Shown one piece after another: positions 25,102-40,484 of a stretch of 64,000 nucleotides of DNA; position 1 is the first letter of the stretch, and every line of letters begins with the position of its first letter. Where the stretch lies: the NCBI RefSeq assembly GCF_018350175.1, contig NC_058385.1, positions 83,266,001-83,330,000 of the forward strand, given 5' to 3'. Source of the stretch: Felis catus. Taxonomy: Eukaryota. The notes below the pieces were generated by a model. The model searched no databases. It was not told where the DNA came from and saw nothing but the letters and a program-made list of their open reading frames with translations. A program made the position numbers and the translations under genes.

Positions 25102-26094
25102 GTGAGAGTGTGCAGAGTAGAGGGGAGCGGGATCTTTCCTGGGTGACTCTGTGAGAATGTTCAGGGCCCATGGCCACTTTGCACCTTCCAGCATAACCCC
25201 TCCCTGCCAGGTAGGGGAACTTGGGGTCCTGCTCTTTGCATAGACATTTGCTGTAGGGCCGTGTTCCCCCTGCAGTGTCCCTGCCTCCACGGTCTGCTTT
25301 CTGCTGGGCGACCAGGTCACAAGTCTCATGGAAAAACTTCCTCTGAAAACAGCTAATGATCTTGGGGTGCCCATCAGTCACCCTGATGCATCTGTGTTGG
25401 AACCCCTGCCCTTACCCAGCACCCCCTTCCTGCCACCCTGCTCTGTGTCAGGCTCCATCAAGATCAGCAGTGCTTGCTCACTGCCATTTACAGAACACTC
25501 CCGCCATCTCCGTTGAGTCTTCTCCCTGAGACAGGGTCATGGCAAGTTAGGTGTGCACCGAGGGCAGAGAGAGGAGGCGTCTGCACGGGAAGCTGACAAC
25601 AAGGTGGGGTGGTGCTACACACTCAGAGTTAGGGTTTCAGAGGCTGAGCCCTCCAGGCAAGGCCCAGACCTGGCTAAACGGGGATGCACCCTGTGTGTCT
25701 CATCCAGCATCCGCTGCTATCTTTGGGCCCTGCTTCCCCAAGGATGCGAGCTGGACTGGGCCATCCAAACTGCCACCTGGCCCACCCTAGAAGCATGTGG
25801 TAAGTGCCAGGTGTGCTCAACCAGTGGAGGCTTTCTATGCTAGGTGTTTCTTTCATGACCATCAGACATGTTCAGGCAATATGTACTCATGAGACATTTG
25901 GAGAAACTCAAAAAATAAAAAAAATTTAAAAGTCCCTTTGCCCATAGACAGCCATGGAAACTGTGTTCATCAGACTTCATACTTATGCTGTGTGTCTGTG
26001 TTAGCTCTGTTCACTCAACCCCTCCTGAGTATGACAGTCGTGGCTAATGGCTGCAAAACCTGCCATTCCCCTCGGTGGATGTGCTGAATTTTAC

Positions 26095-26425
26095 CTAGAC
26101 AAACACACACCACAGGCTGGGTGGCTGAAACATTGATTGCCCATAGCTCTGGAGGCTGGGAGGCTGGGATCAGGATGCCGATATGGCTGGGTTAGGGCCG
26201 CCTTCAGGGCTGCAGACTTCTCCCTGTGTCCTCACAAGGTTAAAGGGGTGAGGGAGCTCTCTTGGGTCTCTCTGTAAGGGCACTAATCCCATTCATGAGG
26301 CTCTGAACCCATCCCAATCACCTCCCATATGCCCCAAACCCTCATAGCATCACATTGGGCATTAGGGTTTCAATATATAGATTTTGGCCAGGGGGGTGGG
26401 GGTGGGAAGACACAGACCACAGCAG
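26095..26425 (-). mobile_element. MLT1A-like MaLR LTR fragment
   Basis: ctctggaggctgggagg..taagggcactaatcccattcatgagg..attagggtttcaatata. Confidence 0.75.
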
Positions 26426-26460
26426 CTTTTGTATTCTTTTTTTCTTTTAAAAATCACAGT

Positions 26461-26676
26461 GGGGGTGCCTGGGTGGCTCAGTCAGTTAAGCGTTCGACTT
26501 CAGCTCCGGTCATGTCATGATCTTGCAGTCCGTGAGTTCAAGCCCTGCACAGGGCCCTGTGCTGACAGCTCGGAGCCTACAGCCTGCTTCGGATTCTGTG
26601 TCTCCCTCTCTCTCTGCCCCTCCCCTGCTCACATTCTCTCTCTCCTACAAAAATAAACATTCAGAAAATTTTTTTT
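26461..26676 (+). mobile_element. CAN-SINE
   Basis: TSD aaaaatcacagtg. Confidence 0.93.
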
Positions 26677-29369
26677 AAAAAATCACAGTGACATTAGTGG
26701 TAAAACCATTTTATACTGAAACTGTTTAGAAGTGGGAACAGATGAGGCAGAACATTTTAAAGCCCTTGATATTACTGCCAAAGCACAGCCTCCTCAGCCT
26801 TCACGGGCCAGTCCCTGGTGATGCACAAAGAAATTACAGGTGTAACCAACAGGTGCTAAGCAGTCTAGGTACAACTTTAACTCACAAGTGTGAAGTTCCC
26901 CCGCTTCACAGGTGATAACGCATAGAGGTTAGAGAGTTGCCCGATGTCAAACAGCTGGTGGGGGTGCTGTCCACCTTCCCTCCCCACCTGGATGGGGCTC
27001 CCCTGTGACAGTGTCCCTGGTCTACTGACTGGGCAAGTGACTGGGAGGGGCAAGGAGGTTCAGCCGGGGGGGCTTCAAGAGGCTCTCCCTGCTGGCTCAC
27101 GTGCCTTGAGTGGCTACTGGCCCCAGAAGGAGGACACACGTTTAGGGCTGAAAGCCATGGAGATTCAGGGGCTTCTGCTGTGCAGGATTCTTGGAATTTG
27201 GTAGGTGCAACCAGGAATGGAGCCCTAAGATCTGAGCCAGGCTTTTATGCCCCAGCAGGAAGCTCCACGCTGTAGTGCCACTAAAGGGCCACGTGGCTGG
27301 GCCCCCATGGTCCTCAATAATACACCTGAGCAGAGAGGAGGAGCACTTCCCAGGCCACCCTACTGTCGGCATCTATGAGAAACACGCACAGCTCCTTCCC
27401 AAGAGGCCCTCGCAGGGAGGACAGAGCTCTCACTTGGAGCCCACATCAAGCCTCTCAGCAGTTCTTGCAGGTAGAGGACACTTCCACTCACAGATAGGCC
27501 GATGGAGGCTCAGAGTTACAGGAGTCAGACAGTGGGCAAGTGCCCAGATCTGCACACCCTTGCTCTGCCTGTGGGTTGCAGGGACCACCCCCTACCCCAT
27601 CCTTGTGCATCGGACCGGCCGGGATTGCTTGGCAGTTTGGTGCATTGGTGTGTCCACTCTGAGAGTCAGCAGACTCTGGGAGGGCCCTCAGCCCCTTGCA
27701 GGCACAGCACCTGGTCACATGCAATCTGCTCCTGCTGGGCTCCGGACACGTGGGGGTGTAATGTTCTGCCCACTCACCAGCCGTTTACCAGAAGAGACAG
27801 TCTGTGCTTTTGGTCTTTCAGTCAGTAACAGTGGGGTCAGAGCATTGTTCTCCATCCATGGTGGGCTGGACAAGGCAGCCCTAACCACGCTGTCCCTCCC
27901 ACAGCACCTGCAAGGTGGCCTCCCCTCCGTTTCCCACTGCTGCTCCACAGAGCTGCTGCAGCAGGGGATGGCTGCAAGGGAATATTTCAGCTTTCCAGGT
28001 CACAAGGGTTGTCGGCTCTGCCAATGTTGCTTGCAAGCTGCCAGACGCTACGTAAATGAACGGGCACAATTACTTTCTTACTGGCACTGAAATTTTAATT
28101 TCATAGGTCACAAAATCATCCTGTTTTCAAGCATTTAAAAACCATTGTTAGTCTCTGGGGACATGCAAAACTAGGTGGCAGGTGGCTCTGCCATACCGCC
28201 CTCAACCCAGCCAGGCTGGGGTGGGTGGATCCTGTGTGCCCAAAGGACTCCCCTAGGCTACAGAGCAACGGTCTACCCTCATCTGTAGTCAGTCCTTACC
28301 ACTCACAGGCCTTGAGGTCCACCTTTGTCTCCAGCCTGCACAAGGTCTTGTACAGAGAATGGACACTTGTACTTGGAAAAATTTCCCTTTTCCATTTTCT
28401 TGATCTTATTTAGATCTCTGTGAAGAGTTTTCAAACATAATCTCTACACTCAACATGCATGGGGCTTGAATCACGACCCCGACATCAAGAGCTGCACGCT
28501 CCACTGACTGAGCCAGCCAGGTGTCCCTCTGTGGAAACTCTTGATGCTCGTGCATTTCCTCTTCTGACAGTGTCTAACATCCCAACCTCAAAGCTCCCCA
28601 AATGCAGCATTCATTCGTGCGACAAAAATTTCCTAGGTTCTGAGTGCACGCCACGCACACTGTGTAAACTCACCTGGGCTCTGCACCCCCCACACCTTTG
28701 TGAAGCTTCCAGGAAGCTTGGTGGTTCCAATCCAATGTCATGAATCAAAGCTTAGCCTGATTGAGTAAAAAGTAGTTTCAAGTCAAAATTATGGGCTTAT
28801 TGCTTCAAAAAAAAAAAAAATCCACGGTATTTTAATATCTACTCTGAAATAGAGTGCTGGGTATTCTTAAAAACGTTCGCTGTTACATCTACTGAAGCCC
28901 ATGTTGGAAAATACCTTTTAAAGTAGAACAGAATGCCCAAAACCTTGCACTATCCCACAGGTGGCCCTCCTCCACCCCCTCTGCCAAAGGGCCACCAGCT
29001 CACAGGACACGCACAGATGCTCTTCAAGGGCTCCAGGCATTTTAGGTGCTGAGGCAGCTTGATTTCACAAAGTCTTGCCGGGCAGGCCAGTGTCCCATGT
29101 CTCACGTGGATGCAGCTAAGGACTCCTCACCCTACAATTGCGCAGGGGAGGCTCTAGACTGGAATGTAAACTCTAGAGTGGTTTCTATCGAATTCCTGGT
29201 TGTATTGGGACATTTATATGAACAAACCGCACTAAGAGGTGAGAGGAAAAGTAATTCCTCAAAGGTTGGAGGGCATGAAGATTTTACCCAAGTTAACAAG
29301 GCAAGACCAGCAAGTGTGAACTTGGCCCTTGAATACAAGAGTGGGCAGAGCCAGCCTGCACACAAAAGG

Positions 29370-29907
29370 GCCAGCTCTGTTCCAATAAACTTTATTTGGT
29401 CACACTGAAATGTGATTTCAACATACTTTTCAAACGTCATAAAATAGTCATTTTTCCCATTTAAAAATGTAAAAACGCTTCTTAGCTTTTAGGCCTTTTA
29501 AGAGGTAAACTGAGGTACATTAAATTTTTGAAGAGTTTATATTTGAACAAACACTGCCTGGAGCCAGGCAGGACCACACTGAAACATCAGGAGTGCTGTG
29601 CTGGCAGGAGAAAAGGGAGAGGTGTTTACAGATGCAGGAGCAAAACTGGGAAACTGTGTGACTGGTTATGGCTTAAGCAGGTGCCTTATTTGGGGAAATC
29701 TAGTTGACTGTGATTAGGTGTTCTTAAATTTCATTTTCTCAGATAGGATTGCATTTACAGGAACGGACTCTGGCTTAGCTTTTGATCTGCTTGTGTAGTT
29801 CCCAAGGCATGAGAGTCACCCAGTCTAATGGCCTCGTACATATTTTCACAGGCTGCATAAACAGCAAACTGCATTTTGCCCATACGCTATAATCTGTCAG
29901 CTCCTGA
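29370..29907. mobile_element. MER58-like hAT MITE split by a ~350-bp LTR (29495-29849)
   Basis: ccagctctgttccaataaactttattt..catttaaaaatgtaaaaac resumes after a repeated aggc; related MER58 fragment at ~28040-28200. Confidence 0.6.
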
Positions 29908-31830
29908 TCTAGAACCATATCAATCCAAAGAGAGAATCCAGGTGAAGAAGACTTAGGTTGAATCCTCTGGCCCTTTTCGGCTGGCCTGTGGTTGCTGTTA
30001 GAAGACAGAAAGCACCATGCTCAGGCTGGAATCTGGAAGAGTTCATGTAACTTTCCACCCCTCTGTCCCATCATTACCCAGAAGTGGCAGAGACAGGTTT
30101 CCTTTCTGGGAATGGCACATTCAGTGACCAGACTGCCTTCCTAAGGCACGTGGGCCCACGAAAAGTCCCTGGTCCTCTGGCAATGACCCTTTTGGACACA
30201 CTTCTGTGGAGAGGCGGTTACAGCCACTGAAATGGGCACAATGATTTCATGGTGTCCTGACACCCGGGCTGGGAACACCACTTCCAAGGGGGCGGGTACA
30301 GGCCAGGGGGACAATCTTCACTCCTAGGACTAGCACTGTGGCCTAAGAACACATCACTCGTTGTGCCTGACTGAGCAGCAGTGGGTGGCAACTGGGCTGA
30401 CCTGCTGTGGGACCGAGATCCCTGTCCATGTATTAGAAACACAAACACACAGACTTGACCATCCTGAACTCTGCTGTTCCTAATGCCAGAAAGTTGGGGA
30501 ATTCCCAATGCAAACAGAGGGATCAGCCAGCCTGACTTTCACCTAATACAAATCCAGAACCTGCTGTTGGGCCATACCACACATGGCCATTGAGGCTGTG
30601 TCTCAAAGACCTACCCACAGGCTTAACCATACCAGGTGATGGTGACCCAAATCAAGTGTTGCAATAAATCCTGAAGTGACTGACCTGTGTCCCTCTGGGT
30701 TATCTTTCTGTATGTGGGAGAAATGGGCCTCTCCATTGGGACAAGGGGGAGGGGTCCCTGGTCCAAATTTCACCCCTCCGATAACTGTCAATGACACCAA
30801 AGATCGGCAGGTGTCGATTGAGTGGTCGTGGGTAGTAGCCAGTCTAAGACTTCTGGTCCCCTGGAACTTTTTCACAGTTGGCAGGGCCAGGACCCTGAGG
30901 GCGGGGCCACCATCAACACTGTTAGCCTCATTCTGCGGGTCAGCAGTCTGTCTCCACCTCCACCAGCATCCGGGAAAAGGCAATGGTCTCACATGCAGCT
31001 CGCAGACCCTCCTGGTTCTGGCAGTTTGTGTGGCAGGAGCGGTTCTGGGGAGTCTGGTAAGCAGCCTGGCCTCCGGGTAGCTCCGCTGGGCTCACATGAG
31101 CAGTTTCTGCAGTGCTGAGGCCAGGTCTGCCCTGGGTTCCGCTAGAGATGCTGGCTCGGGGTCTCAGTGTGGGAGCAGGGAGCTCTCCCACATTCAGTTC
31201 TTATGGTCACCCTGTAACGATGCTCAGATAAGCAGACAGACTCTGGATTTCATGGAGAACAGTGGCATCCAGAGTCACAGAGCAGGTCCCTGGGTGCAGG
31301 TGCTACTCCTGGAGTGCCTGCACTGATCCAAGCTCCTGTCTGAAGAGGCTGGTGCCAGGCCCTCTGGCTGTAGCCCCGGGTTGCTCTGATGGGGATGGAG
31401 TTGGAGGAAAAGGAGTCAGGTGAAGAAGGCAGCTTCCTCTGGGCTTCCACTAGCACAAGCTAACACATCCTTACTGCTGAAGCCAGTCTGAGGAACTGTC
31501 TAAGGAACTGCTAAGGGAAGACGCTTTGGGCAACTTCTCAGCTACTTGTGTGGCAGGGCTCATGGGCCTTTTCCCATGACACTTCCTCATCCGCGGGATG
31601 TGGCGTCTTTCTTCTGTGAACTCGAAAGTCTACACGTGTGCACCCTGGCTTGAGGGACACAGGCTTTGCTGCGCGGGATGAGGTCACACGTTGCAGCAAA
31701 GATATATCCACTTTGTACGAATTTGGACATTTTCTCTCTTAAGGGAGCAATTCTGAACCTATCCCCACATTCTAAATTCTTGTCAGTATAAATGATCCCA
31801 TATAAAATACGTTAAGGTTAAGGCTGCAGG

Positions 31831-31836
31831 TTTATT
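31831..31836 (-). terminator. ZNF7: ZNF7 proximal polyadenylation signal
   Basis: AATAAA on the minus strand ~32 nt after the stop codon. Confidence 0.65.
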
Positions 31837-31868
31837 CACATTTATACACATTTATAAAGACAGGTGGT

Positions 31869-33695
<1,827 letters not shown>

Positions 33696-35288
33696 TTATC
33701 CCCTGTGCTCAGAGAAAGGACAAAGACCAGGGGCAGTGGCGGAGGCTGCATCAGGCAAGGATACACCCACATGGAAAACACTACCAGAAGTCGGGCCTTG
33801 GACAGTTCTCAAGATTTAGCTTCGTTGACACTTTTACTTCATGCGTTCAACTACCGTGTGTTCCTGTGGGGGGGGGACACATCAGCAGAGGCTCGTCCCG
33901 TGGGGAACCGGTATGAGTGAAAATCCATAAGGAAGTTCTGGGCTGGAGAGCCTGGCAAGTGTGGCAAAAGGCAGGTTGGGCTTGAGGTGCCAGAGGCTCC
34001 TGGATCCAGAGGTGTGGTGAGGGGAGTTAATGGACAGGTTCCGAGGAAGATGAGGCTGGACAGCTGCCGTGGGGCACGCCCTGGGTGAGCCTGAAGGGGG
34101 GTGGTACTGAGCAGGACCCCAGACCCGAATCTGGCTTCCTCCAGCTGCTGCTAAGCCACCTTCTCTGATACACATCTGACCACGTACGTCAGCCCCACAG
34201 CTTCCAGGAGGCCACACCCGGTGGCCTATACTGCCTTCTCATTCCCTTGGGGTTCTGGTCAGTCCACTCACCCCTGACTGACCCCCACGAGGCCTTCCTG
34301 ACATCTGCCTTCCTTCTAGACTTTCCAAATAAGTGTCAGCCCCTCTCCTACTCGGCAGTCCCAGAAAGTACCCTTGCTAAACTCACACACCTCCTTGGTG
34401 TCTGTGATCACACCCAGGGTCATAACTAACATCACAACCAACTTCATAACCAGTGCGATAACCGCTGTTATAACCAGTCCATTTCTACCCCACAGAAATA
34501 TCCTCCAGGGGCCCAGTTCCAGGGTTCCTGGTGGCTCTTAATGTCAGTCCCCTCTCCAGCTCGGTGATCTGAAGTTCTCAGTCAGTCCTAGGGTGAGGAA
34601 GAGGCCATCACATACTGAGCATCTTCTGGGCATAAGGAACACTTAGTTCCTGGCTGTTCCTCAATTAGTCTTTGTGACAATCCAATGAGGTCAGTAGTGA
34701 GTTAGAGAAGGAGCTTGTGGTTCCCCAGTCACACAGCTAATTACAGAATCAGGAATGAACCCAATTCTGTTCCCCCAACACATGCCCCTTCAACCTCTCT
34801 GTGCCCTTATGACACAGGGCATCTCCTACCTGGCCTCTGGGGCACAATCACACAACCTTTCGACAGGGCAAAAGTGGCCATATGGTGCTGGCTCACTCAG
34901 TCCTCTGCCCAGGCCTCCCTCCACTCTGGAGATGAGAAAGTGGACATGCACTGCTCTCCTCTCCCTCCTGCTGGAAAACAAAGGCCCCCATGGACGCCAA
35001 GGAAGAGCACAGTGGAAACGTCCACAGTTGTGAGCCTAGAACCTCCCGCTGCACAGGAAGGAGAAAGATAATCCACGTGGTTCAGCAGCCACAAGCCCAC
35101 CCAACTCCTCTCTGGAGTCTGCCTCCACCTGGCTTTCTGCAATCAAGTCTATGGGAAGCCTCCCTACGCACCAGGCTTCCCCTCAGGCTCAGCTAGCCAC
35201 ATGGTCCCTCTCCTCTTTGGGCCCACGTCACACTCGTACCCAGCACGGCCCATTTTTACGTGACCCTACTTACTAGTGACACCTTCTC

Positions 35289-35790
35289 TGACAAAGACCC
35301 TCTCTTGACCAGCTCAGCCAGGCTCCTCTGAGCCTTTCTCGACCAGGCCTCATCCTTGGCCCGTAAGGACAAAAGACTAATGTCGCTACTTACAGCTAAA
35401 GGTTTCCTCCCTAGGATGAGCCTAGCCCTCCTTAAGGTGTGTGCCTGAGAAAACTCAAGGCTGTCAGAACGATCTGTTTATTCCAGCCACACCTGAGGGA
35501 CAGGTTGTCTCCCAACTTCTGTGGGAGGGCAAGACCCAAATGCCACAAGCAGAGGTCAGCAAGCCCAGGTAGGTGTCAGAGGGTCCACTCCCTTCCGCTC
35601 TTGTAATCCATCACTTCCTGGCTCTAGCTGAACCCCACTCACCCCCTGCCTGCTCTGATCATGTCTGAACAAATGGAAGCCGAGTTCACTCACACTGGAC
35701 TTTCTCCATTGCAATTTATTACTATGGATTAAGAAAAATCTATCCCCACCATTTTAACTAGTGCCTCGCTATGTGTATCTATGCATGACA
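35289..35790 (+). mobile_element. MER31-like ERV1 solo LTR in a ZNF7 intron (antisense to the gene)
   Basis: TGACAAAGACCCTCTCTTGACC..AGGCTCCTCTGAGCC start, gcctgagaaaactcaaggctg, ends ..TGACA. Confidence 0.7.
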
Positions 35791-37119
35791 CTGCCCACGG
35801 GGCCCCTCGGGGACTCATAATTGAAGCCTAGAGTTCTCATCCTTCCCTAGAACTCAAAAGCCCTTCTCTGTAAGCTCTGAACAACCTGTGAGAGGATACA
35901 AGCACATGTTAAAAAACAGAGCCTCCTTCTGGAAGTGGTTTTCCCTCAGACAACAGATGTTGTCCCTGCAGGCTGACAGGCACTAAGGTCTCTTGTGCTG
36001 GGGACAAAGGTAGCTGTGGTGGTGGGTTAGGGGTGTGGCTCTGCAACCTGCTGCCGCTCTGGGCCATTCCTCAGTTACCTGCTGCACTAGCCAGGCACAG
36101 ATAACATCTCTGGGTACTTACATTTTTCTGACACGCTCCACATGTTTTCATCTGTGAGGCCGTACTCTTGTCCTATGTCTCAGGCTTGTGACAAGTCTAC
36201 ATTTATTGTGGGGAGGTGTTCTTTGCTGCTGCCTCATCACCATAAAGACCATTTGCTGCGTAAAAACCCATGGAACTACCCAATTCTGCCAGCTCCAGCT
36301 AGCTTTTCCGCCATGGTACCCCCTTTGAAATCTCTCCTCCACCTTGGAAATACTTAGTAGGAGCTGGGTTTTAACTGGGCTAGCCTACAGCTTTACCTCC
36401 TTCCCAGGAAGGATCAAAAAGGGGTCTAAGCAGGAAGGCAAGGCCAAGGAGGCTGGGGGCTGGGGTCAATGTTCCCAACACTCCTGCCCATACACTCATA
36501 CCTCAGGACACGAACCTGCTGATGCCTCGATTTTGGCCGTGTGGCTTCCAGAATTGTGAGACAATTAACCTCTGTGGTTTTAAGCCTCAAGTTTGTGGTG
36601 CTTTGGTACAGCAGCCCTAGGACCCAACACAGCCCTGAAGCCTGATGTGAGAGGCTGGGGTCACCCAGGAGCCCAAACAGTCCTGGAGGAGCTGCTGGCA
36701 GGTGGGAGGCAACTGTCTCAGGGATGACTGATGTTTGCCTGAGAGGCTGCTCAGAGCCAAGCTTAGTGCTTCCCTTGGAAGTTCCTTTGCACTTTGCTTA
36801 ACACGAACATCAGTAAAATTGGAAATTGAACCTATGCCTGAAAAGCAAACTCTGTTTTTGCTATAACACGTAAGAGTCTCATGTCCCTGCTTTTCTGTAG
36901 TTCAGTCTCTCCCAATACAACCCCACGACCAGGCGATAGTTCTGTCAACGGGCCCACCTGTGGCCCCGTGGTGCCCCCAGGCAGCCCGGCATGCCCTCTT
37001 GGCTGGTCCCTGGGGTCTGCCTTCAGCTTCCCACCCTCAACCCTTGCTGGGCATGGGTTCCCCGAACATCTCCTCACTCCTTTACCTGGAAACCTCTTTG
37101 CCACAGGCCTAAGCCTCAC

Positions 37120-37236
37120 CTGTAAGGGAGGTCCTTGCCACCTCTCTCCCCTCGACTCCCTTCAGGTCAAGGACCCATGGCTCCTGCCCCTGCTCCAACC
37201 GGGAGATCAGCTCAGGCTTGAAGACCAGGAATCCTG
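37120..37236 (-). CDS. ZNF7: ZNF7 KRAB-B exon (117 nt)
   Basis: [30 protein letters not shown]; acag|cag acceptor, G|GTGAGG donor. Confidence 0.93.
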
Positions 37237-37977
37237 CTGTGGGGATGGCAGAGAAGGGGACCATGTCAGCATGGCTGAGGGTACACCCCAGGGCCCAATG
37301 CTCTTGGTTTCCAGGAATTAAGAGGCAGGGGGCTGTTGGAGCACAAGCAGAGCTTCCAAAGGGAACATCAGGGGGAGAAGGTCTGGACACAGTGGCCCTC
37401 TCTGTCCAGCTCCTCAAGTTGGACAATGAGAGATACCTGGACTCCCAGCCCATCCCCATCCACACCAGGGCCAGGATCCTCAGGGGATCTATCACCAAAG
37501 AATCTGCAAGGAACAGGCCAGGTCTAGCTTTAGGAGAAAGCAGCCAGGCACTGCCAGCACCTCCCTCAGCAGAGATGGCCTGTCCCTCAGTTCAGAGGGC
37601 AGGAACATTCCAGGAGATAGGAGTGGCCAAGAAGCAAGACAGAAACAACAAAAGTAAGCCAACAAATGAATGGATTTTAATTCGGAGGGCGCTAAGCCCT
37701 GTGGTCAGGGTTTCCCTCCCCCAGGTTTCCGGCTGTGGGGGTGGGGAAGGGCAAGCAGAGAGACCCTGAAGGATAAAGGCCTCAGGTGCACATAGGACTC
37801 CATGCTCAGCAGGAAACGTGCTCTCTCGAAGAACATGTGGAATGTACAAAGAAAACAACTCTAGGCCAACTGTGAAGGGAGTCATGTCCACAGGACAATA
37901 CAACGCTGTGCCCCAACCCAAAATATAATTGGATGTGAAGGTTATGACAACACGGAGCTCAAAGCTATTAGGTACTT

Positions 37978-40449
37978 GGGGCGCCTGGATGGCTCAGTCG
38001 GTTAAGCATCTCCCTTCGGCTCAGGTCATCATCTCGCGGTTCATGGGTTCAAGCCCCACATCGGGCTCTGAGCTGACAGCTCGGAGCCTGGACCCTGCTT
38101 CGGATTCTGTGTTTCTTTCTCTCTCTCTCTCTCTCTCTGCCCCCCCCCACACACCACACACACACACCACACACACACTCTCAAAAATAAACATTAAAAA
38201 ACTAAAAACAAACAACTACTTGAAAACTAAATAATGAATTACTAAGTAGCAGCTCTATTTACTACAAAACTCATGGGATGAAGCTGAAGCAGTATTTGCA
38301 AATAAAATTTTACATTTTTAAATACATTTATTATAGAAATGAGCATAGTAAAACACAAATGAGATAAACGTTAAACTCAAGAAGTTGGGAACAAAACAGC
38401 ACAGCAAACTCAAATAAATAAAAAGGAAGAAAATAATAAAGGTGGGGTGGGATTCAATGAAATAGAGAACAAAGGCAACAACACTATCCCCCACCCCCAG
38501 AGAAAGATCAGCCAAACCACAACCTGGTTCTCTGAAAAAACGAATACGACAGCTCTTGTGGCAAAATTGACTGAGGTCAACACAGTGAAAAAATAAAATA
38601 AATAAGGAAAACAACTACACACACAATGCAGACTAAAAATAAAAGAGTATTATGAACAAACAGATGCTAAAAAACTTGGAAATCTAAACGAACACATCAC
38701 TTCACAGGAAAACTAAAAATGACAAAATCAGCACAAAAGGAAACTTGCAAACTTGACAGATATTATTCACTAAAAAACAAAACCAGGGGCGCCTGGGTGG
38801 CTGAGTCGGTTGGGCATCTGACTATGGCTCAGGTCATGATCTCACGGTTTGTGAGTTTGAGCCCCGCGTCGGGCTCTGTGCTGACAGCTCAGAGCTTGGA
38901 GCCTTCTTCACATTCTGTGTCTCCCTCTTTCTCTGCCCCTTCCCTGTCTCTCAAAAATCAATAAGCATTAAAAAAAGAAACAAACAAAAACAAAACTAAA
39001 AGCAAAAAACACTAGCGCAAGACCTTCCTTTCCCAAGGGCCCAAGGCCCAGACAGTTTTACCAAACACTGTAATTCCACCTACATAAATTCTTCCAGAAA
39101 TTAAAGACAGCAAAATGTGCCCAGTTCATCTTATGAAACTCATATGCCAAGGGCCATTTGCCAAAAAAATAGAAAAACAATTCACAAAAAGAAAACATAT
39201 AGGGGCACCTGGATGGCTCAGTTAAGCAAATGACTTCAGCTCAGGTCGTCATCTCACAGTTCATGAGTTCAAGCCCCGCGTCGGGCTCTGTGTTGACAGC
39301 TCAGAGCCTGGAGCCTGCTTCGGATTCTGTGTCTTCCTCTCTCTCTGCCTCTCCCCCGCTCACACTCTCTTTCTCTCTTCCTCAAAAAAAAATTTTTTTT
39401 AAACCTTTTTTAAATTAAAACACAAAAACAAACAAAAAACAAACAAACAAAAAAAAACCAGGGGTGCCTGGGTGGCTGAGTCAGTTAAACATCCAACCTC
39501 AGGTCAGATCATGATCTCACAGTCTGTGGGTTCAAGCCCTACATTGGGCTCTGTGCTGACAGCTTGAAGCCTGCTTCAGATTCTGTGTCTCTCTCTCTCT
39601 CTTTCCCTCACCCACTCATGCTCTGTCTCTCTGTCTCTCTCTCTCTCAAAAAATAAACATTAAAAAAAACCAAAACAACAAAAAACAATAAAAAGAAACA
39701 TATTAAAAGTCAATTTTGCTCATGAACAGGGAAGCAAAAATCTGAAACATAATACTGCCTAGCTGAATCCAAAATAGTACTGAAATTTATATGTAAAATA
39801 TAATTTAAGTAGAGTTTACTCCAGAAATACAAAACACGTTAATAAGATTTACTAGACTAATAAGGTGAAAAAATCATACAAACACTTCAATTGATGCAGA
39901 AAAATAATTTGTTTACGATTATGATTAGCCAACTTCTGATGTTAATTAAATGTATTCCTTTTTTTTTAAAAAAAAAAAGGGGGGGTCTTTTTATTTAGTT
40001 ATTTTTTAATTTATTTTTTAAGTAATCTCCACACCCAAGGTGGGCTGGAACTCACAGTCCCAAGATGAAGGAGATGCACGCTCCACAGACCAAGCCAGGT
40101 GCCCCTAGAAAAATCTTCCTTTTAGATTTTTTTCTATGTTTATTTTTGAGAGAGAACACAAGTTGGGGAGGTGTAGAGAGAGAGACCAAGAATCCAAAGC
40201 ACAAAGTTTGACATGGGGCTCAAACCCACAAACCGTTGAGATCATGACCTGAGCTGAAGTTGCACGTTCAACCGACTGAGCCCCGCAGGTGCCCTGAAGT
40301 ATTATTCCCTTTAACACGAGGAACAAAGGGCGCCTGGGTGGTTCATCTGGTTGAGAGACCAACTCTTGATTTTGGCTCAGGTCATGATCCCAGGGCTGTG
40401 GGCTTGAGTCCCAAGTAGGGCTCCTTGTTGAGTATGGAGCCTGCCTAAG

Positions 40450-40484
<35 letters not shown>

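Noticed and set aside
27275-28090. 271-aa ORF between COMMD5 and ZNF7
   Set aside because: Non-ATG start, no motif, no splice or promoter context, ends in a MER58 fragment.
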